Source of the DNA: Chlorokybus atmophyticus
Lineage: Eukaryota; Plantae; Mesostigma and Chlorokybus algae
DNA: 64,000 nt
Assembly (NCBI GenBank): GCA_009103225.1
Contig: RHPI01002069.1
Coordinates: forward strand, 831,378-895,377
Reading direction: 5' to 3'
Part shown: positions 51,201 to 60,319 of the stretch, piece by piece
How the letters are laid out: each line of letters opens with the position of its first letter
Position numbering within the stretch: position 1 is the first letter of the stretch
The notes under the pieces: generated by a model
The model's database searches: none
Told to the model about the DNA's origin: nothing
The model's input: only the letters and a program-made list of their open reading frames with translations
Position numbers and translations under genes: made by a program

Positions 51201-54200
51201 AGGACAATAACATATGAAGGTTGATGCATGCACACATGCATGCAGATGGTGCATACACCTCTCGCATGTGTACACAGAGCGCACGCACGCACGCACATAC
51301 CCATACCCACACCCAACTCAACGTACCGCTTGCAGCGTCCCCCCCGTCAGCACCAGCTGTCCTACGATTATCTCCACCCTCCCGCTCCCGCTCCCGTTCC
51401 CCACAACCACACTCGCCACCCCATCCGCGACCTGCAGAGTTCCAACACCGACCACCCCCGCCAAGATCACCTCCTCCGCCGCCAACACCAACGCTCCTGC
51501 CCCCGTCACACTCGCGTTGCTCGTAACCACATACGGTCCCGACCCCGCGAGATAAAGGGTAGACCCTTGGCGTATACACCATATGTTGGTGATGGAACCG
51601 CCGGACCAGAGGCGGAGGGCGCCGGAGGTGAGAGTGATGTTGCCGGCGTTGGTTAAGGGTTGGCCGAAGGTGACGTCGGGGGGGAGGGAGGTGGTTGAGG
51701 TGGTCGTCGTGGTGGTGCGGGGACGGGAGCCGATGAGGACGAGGCCCCAGTTGGCTACTGGCACAGCGACCTGGTGCATCATCCCGGTATCAAGCACGCA
51801 TGCACACGCATACGCGCACACACACACGTAGTTCTGGAGTAGTTACAGGGTTGCGCTTAGGCTTTAGTCAATAGTAACACGTTGTACCTGTACGCCGACT
51901 TGGAAGTAAAAGGCGCCTCCAGCTAGCACGCTAATGGTCCCTGTTGTCAATCATGAGTTGAAGTGTGTTTGCAAAGTGTGAGCGCACACACTATCACATG
52001 CCCGGGACAAGGCACATAAGCACAAATGTGTAGCTCTGAGTACCGTTCCCGCTGAGTCGACCGCTGTCGCCGCCAGAGAGCCGCATGTACCCTCCTGCCC
52101 CAATGGCCAGCACCGCCGCGGAGGCAAAGTTGAGTACCCGACTCTTCTGCTCGCTCGCACACACAAGACTCCCCTGAGAGGGAGGTGGATGGGTTTGGAT
52201 CCAACAGGTTGGTAGTAGTAGTAGTAGTAGTTAGTCACTACTTACAAGTATGGTGATGTTGGGTGCTGCGAGCGTGCCCGCCCTCCACTCCATGGTGGCG
52301 CCGTTGAGAATTGTGACAGCGCCGGTGCCCTTGACGGTGGCGCGCGAGGAGGCGAGGGCGAGACGGGAACCAGAGGAAGCCACGGCGCCGAGGAGACCGA
52401 CGGTCAAGGCCTCGAGCAACATCAACTGTGGGTAAAGAGGGGGGGAGAGTGAGTGTGAGTGGGTGGGTGGGTGGGTGGGTGGATGTGTAGGTGGTCCCGC
52501 ACACGTCTGTGCGTGCGTGTGTGCTTGTGAAACTATGTGGATGTGTGCACAGAGCCTTCTGCAAGAGTCTAGTCTTGCATTGCATGCAAAGAAGGAGAAC
52601 GCCTGACTTGCCTGCGCCTGATAGGTAGCACTGCTCCCGCTGTCCCCGTTCGGCGGCGGTGGCGGCGGCGTCGCTGGCACCGGCGTGTTGTAGTAACCGG
52701 CGCCCAGGGACAGCTGCAGCACGGTCGCGGGACGCCACACGCTCACGGAACAGGAGCTGCAGGCCGGGATCACCGCGCGGTCCGTCGCCACAGGCACCTG
52801 TTGTCGATATGAGAGTGTCAAGTGACAGATTGATGCTTGACACCTTGCGTCAACAACTCGCACCTTGATGGGAAGCCAGTTCTGAGCTGTGGAGAAGTCG
52901 TTGCCGTACGCGCCCGTCCAGAACAAGGACAATGGCGGGACTGCGTTGTGTTGCGCATCGACATGTTGTTATTTGTACTCTCTACAAGGCATGGTGGCAC
53001 AGCGACATCCACACGATGCGGCGGATCTACCATCAAAGTTGGTGTATACCCACCATAGTAGAAGAAGAACCCGAGTTGTTGGAAGTTGACCCCCCCATCA
53101 AACGCAATCGCCAATATCACGGGGCAATGCCCCAGCGCCGTGGCATTATATGCCGCCTGGACGCTTCCGTCCCCGACTCCGAGTGGATCAAACACGTCCG
53201 GTCCGAGCACGGCCGCGACGTTGGCATTGCTGTTGCTTATCCCACCAACTACACTCACATTGCTGCTGGCGCTGGCGCTGCTGCCGCCACCGCACGCGCC
53301 GCCGGCGTAGGGGGGAGCGCCGCAGATGAGGGCGCCCGTTGTGGGGTTGTATGTCGCACGCACGACCTGAGGCGAGGGTTAGTTGTGTGATGTGGAGTGA
53401 GTTGGGGTGGGAGGAGTGCGAGGTTGTTTTTCTCTCACTGTGTTGGCGAAGCGGCAGACGGCAAGGGCGGCGCATGCGGGTGGTATGGCTACGCGCACCG
53501 TCAGCTTGGTGGAGACGATTGCACTCAACGGGCCCCACGACGGGGACCAACCGTCCGGATCAACATCTGATGAGATTTACACAGTTGCGCAGATGTCGAT
53601 GTTGAGGACAGACACTGACGATGTTGCTCATGCATGCGGAGTGTATGGCATGCTGTACCAAACCAGACTCTGCTACACGAGACACACACACAGACCCACA
53701 CACACACACCTGTGTAGGTGAAGTTGAGGGATGCGCTTGTTGGAACGCTCGCCACTGCATTTCCCGTGACTGGCGGCGTCGCCAGCACGGTCACCTGCAC
53801 CACGACGCTCCCCGCCCCCGGCGGCACCGTACACGTCGCCGTACAGCTCGTCCCATTATTCCCCCCGCTCCCTCCGTCTCCTCCTCCGTCGCTCGGGGGC
53901 GCCCCCTGGATCTCAACGGGACCGGACCCGCCACCGGTGCCGACACTGCCGCCGTCGCTGAAGAGGAAGACGCAACGGACGGAGGGACAGGAGGAGGAAG
54001 GGCCCCAGGGGGGGACGCCAAGGACGGTCAGGTTGGCGCCTGAGGAGGGGGAGGGGTGGGTGGGTGGGCGCGCGCGTGAAGCAGTTGAGATTGCACTGGC
54101 ATGCAGAATGCGTATGCAAGAACATGTGTCACTCCCGCATGTAGTGCCAACACTGAGCATACGACCAACCCACGCGTTGGTGCGTGTGTGTGTTTGCGCA

Positions 54201-54704
54201 CACTTGTTCGTGTGAGTAGAGAGATTCCAATCATGGACTTGGTGATCTGACCATAATCACTTCTGCTCAACCTTTGTGACTGATCTGATTGCTTAGTTGA
54301 TCTGCACGGTTTGTTGTAGGGATTGATTCGAGCATCCGCGACATTGAATCAGCTCCACCAACTAAGTTGGGTCCACTAGCTCAGCACTTGGACAATGTGT
54401 TCGTTGCTCACCTGTTGGGCCGCAGGGTGGCCACAGCGACACTCCAGCGGTCCAATCCGGCAGCGACGGCGCCGGAGACGGCGGCGCTGCCGGCACGCCG
54501 TCCTGGCCTGGTCAAGACAGTAGCATTCTGGTGAGTGCAGGGCAGACACACAGAGGAGAGTCTACATAGGAGAGGGTTGAAGATCATACGGTAGCTAAAC
54601 ACGGGTGGCAGTTGAATCAACTCACCATTGCAGTCTGCAGTCAGCAGCGCCAGCAGCAGCCAGAGCACGGCCGCCGCCGCTGCTGGCCGTGGCCAAGTCA
54701 TCAT
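48231..54704 (-). CDS. Large type I cell-surface protein: signal peptide, IPT/TIG-like modules, G/S/T/N-rich beta-helix (autotransporter-like) region, GCC2/GCC3 (ephrin-receptor-like) Cys repeats, TM, disordered tail
   Basis: Signal peptide MMTWPRPAAAAAVLWLLLALLTADC. ATCTVPPGAGSVVVQV...LNFTYT and LICGAPPY...VILAIAFDGGVNF (TIG-like). WTGAYGNDFSTAQNWLP...VPVATDRAVIP. NAGNITL/INAGSLTL/NFTQTSAG repeats. CEACATGTYS..CSACGLGTYA..CEACPAGSSS..CDPCTEGTYQDATGQAACTPCPAQTFT. TM VVRWLVIVVVTSASCLGAGCITGVAALWWW. Confidence 0.75.
48942..49020. repeat. Compound intronic microsatellite (GCGT)n-(GCGCGT)n-(GGGT)n
   Basis: Read directly. Similar (CA/TG), (GCGT) and (GGGT) tracts occur in most introns of this gene and in introns at ~270-500, 8095-8130 and 17990-18170. 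Confidence 0.9.
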
Positions 54705-55215
54705 CCGCGGGTCACCCACAGCTCCTCATCGCCATCCACACCCATGTCCACTCGAGACACGCCGATGAGCAGAAGGACCAGAAGCACGGCCTCGTCGCCT
54801 ATGCCCTCGCCCCCGCCCATCCTGGCTCATCTTCATCCACGTGGCGCATTGGCCTGCCGTTTCACCGAAGGCGCATCCGTTTTCTCTTTTTGCGTCAGTC
54901 ACGTGACGCCGCAGCGCCACTGCCCGCTTTTTCCGCGACCGGTTACGCCAGAAGTGACAAGAGCTTTCGTAACGCGCGGCGTCCCGTTACGTGTGTGGAC
55001 CGTAAAAACGGGGCTGAACAGTGTTAGGGTGTTCGGTGACAACCGTAACGCGTAGTCGTCCCGCACACGCTCCAAGCACCGGTCCTCTCTCCATTCGGGA
55101 CGCGAAGCTTGACGGCTTGATTGATTTTGGCGTTGCAACGGCATGTTGCTTTCCGTGTGGGGGGGTGGGTGTTATTATCGCTGCGGTGGTGGCGGGCGGC
55201 GACAAGGCAGAGGGC

Positions 55216-56575
55216 ATGTTCAGTTCCGGGACGAGGCTGAAGGAGCGCACGGGTCGACACGGGACGCCACGGATAGACTACTTGCAGGCGAGTGCATTGT
55301 TGTTGCGACCACACGTCACAAGGACAGGCTTTCATGCTACACACCTTGCATGCACGCTTCTTGGGTTGCGCACAATGCGCACAGTATTCAGCATGCCTGA
55401 AGGTGTTTTCTATAGAGCGTGTGTAGACGGCAGCGTTTGCATAGTCTCATTCTTTATTTCATCAATTTCATCGACTTGACAGCACGACAAGTTGTACACA
55501 GCAATCTCAACTACTCTGCGTACGCAGCTCAACTAAAATTGCTGCTCACTGCCGTGATTGTTCTGCACCTGGCTCAGGCCTTGGTGCTGGAATTCCAGTC
55601 TGCTCAAAGCGAAGGTAAGCATGCGCACGTCAGCCTCAAGTGACAGCACAGCTGTTGCAATGTTTTCCTCTTTGTCGTTCATCGAAGCGTGCTGCATGTT
55701 GGCTACATGCATTGCTGCAGACATCAAGGTTCGGATAGCTGCGAATCTCGCAAACTTTGCCTACGACCCCATCAACTACGGCTTCATCCGCCAGGTAATG
55801 ATGGTTGTCAGCACTCAGTCCAAAACAAGGAACTGGACACAAGAAGCAACAACATTATAAATCAGTTGACCTCGTTTGACCTCGCTTTTTCCCCTCCAGC
55901 TTCATATCATAGACCTCTTTCTGGACTGTCTCACTGAGCCGTCGCCGCATTTGGTTGAGTTCGGCATTGCTGGCTTGTGCAACTGCGCCGCAGGTAAGCC
56001 TGAAACGAGTTGCTTTTGTTTTGTACAACACCGGATGGAAAACCTCTGTGCGCTGTGCAGACCCCAACAATGCCGAGGTAATTGTGGCGGGCGGTGGCGT
56101 GGAGGATGTACTGACTTGTCTGGCGAGCAAGCACCCGCACACGGTGATTGAGCAAGCATCCAGTTTTGCACCATGCATGCGACTGACGCACAGATGTTAC
56201 TTGTAATTTCAGGTATGGCGGTTGTGCTCACTTGTGTTGCTGTGTGGCAGGTCCAGGCGGCCATCACAACGCTGTATTACTTGCTTTCACCGCAGACTCA
56301 GCCAAGTGAGTTCATGTACAACGCTTACTGGCCAACTTGTTAGACGAACCACTCTAGCAGGCAGCAAAAGATACTGTGTGGTTTCTGTTACAAGTACATA
56401 TGGCTTGGTTCAGACTGACTATCTTGGTGATGCAGGCATCCTGACTCCAGCCACATTGGCCACTTTACGCGTGCTCTGTGACCGCCACAGCCCTGAATCC
56501 GACTCCAAACCTGTTGACCCAGTCACGGCCAACCTCGCGGGGGCGCTGCTCAGCCGGCATTGCGGGGAGAGCTGA
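55216..56575 (+). CDS. ARMC7: Armadillo repeat-containing protein 7
   Basis: MFSSGTRLKERTGRHGTPRIDYLQ|ALVLEFQSAQSE|DIKVRIAANLANFAYDPINYGFIRQ|LHIIDLFLDCLTEPSPHLVEFGIAGLCN. This carries the ARMC7 signature YLQ.LV.EFQ...ANLANFAYDP.NY. Confidence 0.92.
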
Positions 56576-57790
56576 AGGCAGAGGTAGTTAGGGGCAACGG
56601 AGAGGATCAGCGGGGAGAGAGTGGATTGTGGGTTAGAGGGTGTATACAAAAGAACGGCGAGGGAATTGACTGCGTGCAACGCATGCCACACACAGCATGT
56701 ACAATACAGCACCGCCAGCAGCTGCATGCCACCAGCCAGCGCCGCACACCACATACATGTATTGGCAGTGGGGAGCAATTGCTGCTTAAGTGCGCGCGTG
56801 ACTTTTCATGATTGAAGAATGCTTTCCTATGTGCTTTGAATATGCAGTGCTGCTGCTGGTTTGTGTGGTGCCTTGCTACTCAAGGGTGCCTTCCTTCATG
56901 TGAATTCCTATTGTTCTGGCTGCACAAGCCTAGTTCTAGCATAATGTCGTACACTACCACGTGTGTTGCCCCCACGATCAGTGAGTTGTGGTGCATGTGA
57001 CAGTTCACGCTCAGCTTGCTAGGCTAGAACATATTCGAGTCACATCGGCAGTACATGACCAGCACAATCACCACGTCTTGCCCACCCACTCACACCAATG
57101 CAATGCGAATGGCAATGGCCAAGTGTACGCTCGGTATGCAGCTTACAACATTCATGTAATTATGTTGAACATGTGCATAGTATGCACTGCATACATGAGC
57201 AATCACATGCACTTAGCCTCTGATGTATGGTACATTGAAGTTGGATCTCTGCTTGTTGGCCTAGTTTCGGTGTATGGATGCATCCGCATGATTGAACTCT
57301 AATGGTACAGCTTGTTATGAAAGGGGCGCAGTATGCAAACCTTACTTGTAGTCGTCTCACGATTTGCATCACTTAATATTCACAAGTATTGCGCTCAATT
57401 CAAAAACATTGCAACGCGTAAACACATTATTCCAACGATGCCTTTGGAAGAAAAACCGCTTGCAATGATGTAACTCTTTACAAAACGCATGTCATAAAGG
57501 CGTGATAAATATCATGTTTATAAGATTCAATTTATGGATTTCCATATGTTATAACGCCTCATAAAACAGGGAATGTACAATTGGATGGGTGCTTCGTGTC
57601 ATTGAAATTGAAAGCCGGTTGCCACAGCTAAACATGATGATACGTAAGCCAACATGGACTCATTGTCAAATGATGTTCAATATATAAATTACATCAGATA
57701 TACTGCATGCCTTGGGGGTCTCTTATGTCTTGTGGTTTGTACGGTTGTTACCTAACTGGTAACTTTGTCCCCCACTAAAACTTGTGCATT

Positions 57791-58317
57791 TGTAACGGGA
57801 GCAATAATAATAGGGGTATTATTGCTACCTAAAATAACACATTTTGTATGAATAAGTATTTAAATATGCTTATTTATACCTCTTTTCTACGGTTCCTCGC
57901 TTATTAAAGGCTATGATGCTTTATCATAGCTTAAATAAGTCCCAATGGGTGTAGAACCGCTTATTCAAGCCTATTTAGTGTCACATTTGATATAATGTGA
58001 TCACTATCTCGTTAAGTACCTTACGATAGGTATCTTTAAATAAGTACCTTATCGATATGTACCTTATCTGAGCTGTGATTGGCTCACGCTAGATTTTCTA
58101 ACTACCCTATCTGTAGGGTCGATGTCTAATTGTGAGTTAATTATCGAAAGGTATATAGTTAATATACTCTTGATATAAAAGGTCACATCAATCTAATGTA
58201 GGGACTTTCAGTTCTCTGCTCAGTGGCGGCCACGCCGTTGAAAGGCTTGTCATAGGCGGTGTGGGTGTTGGGGTAGAGGATTGAAGGGGCATCACCGGCG
58301 ATGGTAGTGCTGTTACA
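57791..58317 (+). repeat. Putative 5' LTR (527 bp) of the chromovirus
   Basis: Begins TGTAAC and ends GTTACA (6-bp inverted termini). Followed after 1 nt by a PBS-like TGGTATCCAGGAGC (58319-58332), an imperfect match to tRNAiMet-type TGGTATCAGAGC. Contains ATTGG (~58078) and TATAAAA (~58175). The second LTR lies outside the window, so this is unconfirmed. Confidence 0.55.
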
Positions 58318-58792
58318 TTGGTATCCAGGAGCTGGGGGGTGACGTGGGTACTTATAGGGGGCGGCGACCTGCTTTCGGCCAATCAGAAGGCGTAGGCGGC
58401 GGCCTCCTATTCGTCCACGCAGCCCAAGCTTCAAGTTCGCTTCCCTGCGCTACCTCCACGTTGAAGCCACCTACTAAAGAGGCGGCCTCTCCACGTGTGA
58501 GGTACCATCACACACGTCGGTGACTTGCCTGCTTGCCTGCTTGTCAGCTGCTTGCCAGGTGCTTGCCAGGTGCACGTGTGTACACACAGTGACTTGCCAG
58601 TGCACTATCATTGCTTGCAGTGATTGCCTGTCATCGCATGCGGTGATTGCGGGTCATTGTGCTTGCCAGTGCGTGTCACAGTTAGTCACCGTACGGCTTG
58701 CCTGTTGCATGCCTGTGACGTGCCTGTGACCTGCCAGCGGCTTTGCCGGGTCGCTTGACCCGGGTCCGTAAGTTCCAAACCAAACTGTTCTC

Positions 58793-58972
58793 AAACCCTC
58801 CCCCTCTGACTTCGGCCTGGATATCGGGACTTGGTTAGAACAGTTGTGGGGAGGTTCTAGGACATTCTGTTCCCAAACCCTGTTAGTCTGAAACCCTCCC
58901 CCTCTGGCTTCGGCCTGGAGATTGGGACTTGGTTGAGGACAACACAGGGTTAGGACATTGTGGTCCCACTCA
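58793..58972 (+). repeat. 98-bp-period tandem duplication in the retrotransposon leader
   Basis: AAACCCTCCCCCTCTGACTTCGGCCTGGATATCGGGACTTGGTT (58793) versus AAACCCTCCCCCTCTGGCTTCGGCCTGGAGATTGGGACTTGGTT (58891), continuing into TAGGACATT in both copies. Confidence 0.85.
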
Positions 58973-59136
58973 GACTTGTTCTGTTTGGTAACACTCCAGA
59001 TCCAACTTTTCCTATTTTGGGACTGGTTTAAACTCTGTTTGGGACTTTTACAACTTGGGGGTCATTTTGATCCTCTCGTTGAACCTGGTCCATTGGTGAG
59101 GTTCTCACCATCCCATTCTGCCTGTTTTGCAGACAA

Positions 59137-60319
59137 ATGGAAGAAAACTCGGTGCCCACCTAAAAAGGGGAGAGCTCGGAAAAAGAGCAACCTTCCCGTG
59201 AGGAGGAATTTCCATCCATGGAAGATATTCCGAATCCGGATGATGCACCTGATGAGTCTCAAGCTGCCAAAGCTGCGGAAGCTTCAATGGATGATAGATC
59301 ACCTTCTATATTCCCTGAGTTTTCTATTTGCATGACACAGCAAGAGTTGATGGAGCATTTCCTTAGCACCTATGATCAGGACCCTCGTGAGGCAATTGTC
59401 TCATTCGTGAACTTTCTCTTCCTTTTAGCAGAAAAAGTTTCAAAGCTCACCACCTTCATGGGGCGAGATTGGGAGGGGCAGATGGGTGAAGGCAAACGTG
59501 TTCTGAATATGATCGAGCGTCTTCAACGTGCTGACGGTGGTCCACCTGTTCAAGCACTTGCTCGTCCTGCCGAGTTTGTTCCCAACAAGCAAGCGGCCAT
59601 CTTCGACTGGCTTGTGAAGTTGCAACACTATGTCAACTCCCTTCACATTTTTGAGGAGGGGAAGTTGCGTGTAGCTGAGTTGCTGATTCCAAACGATGCC
59701 CTTGCAGAGTGGTATCGCCGTAAGCAACGTGATGTGAACCTCGGGCGGGAAGTAAATCAGTTGTGCTCTTTCATGGAACAGCGCTATGGTGGTGCAGATC
59801 TTGCCTAGGTTGCTCGCAACCAGCTGCACAACCTGCGTCACAACGGGCGTTCGGTTCAGCAGTATATCCAGGATTTTCAGTCGTTTGTCAGCAAGATCAA
59901 TGCTGGCAAACCTATCAGTACCTATCAGTGATGCTGATCAGCTGGATATGTTCAGGCGTGGCTTGGACACAGATCTCGTGCAGCATGTGGCCGTCAACCC
60001 CGCGAGTTTGCAAGAGTGGGCCTCGACGGATTTACCAATGCTAATGCAGATGGTTACTGCTGTGGACAGTGTAAAGCGCTCTCACGCAAACATGCAAACC
60101 ACGGCAAAAGAGGCAGCCCCGGTTTCAGCTGCAAAGCGCCCGGCCACTGACAACAAACCTTTTGTGAAAAAGGCGAAAACATCTCATCCTGCTAGCCCCT
60201 ACAATGCGGCCAAATCCATCATCACTTGCAGTTTCTGCAAGAAGACAGGTCATGGGGAGGCTAAGTGCTATGCAAAACAGAATGCACAGAAGGCCAAGCA
60301 GCAGAGAGACAAGAAATAG
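59137..60319 (+). pseudogene. gag: gag, disrupted
   Basis: In-frame TAG at 59806-59808 and a 10-bp tandem duplication (CCTATCAGTA/CCTATCAGTG, 59911-59930) that shifts the frame. Ends with a CX2CX4HX4C knuckle. Confidence 0.85.

Noticed and set aside
58311-58512. Alternative short LTR (TGTTACA...CATCACA)
   Set aside because: No PBS follows it. The 57791-58317 candidate has inverted termini, an adjacent PBS-like motif and internal CCAAT/TATA motifs, so it was preferred, though neither is proven without the 3' LTR.
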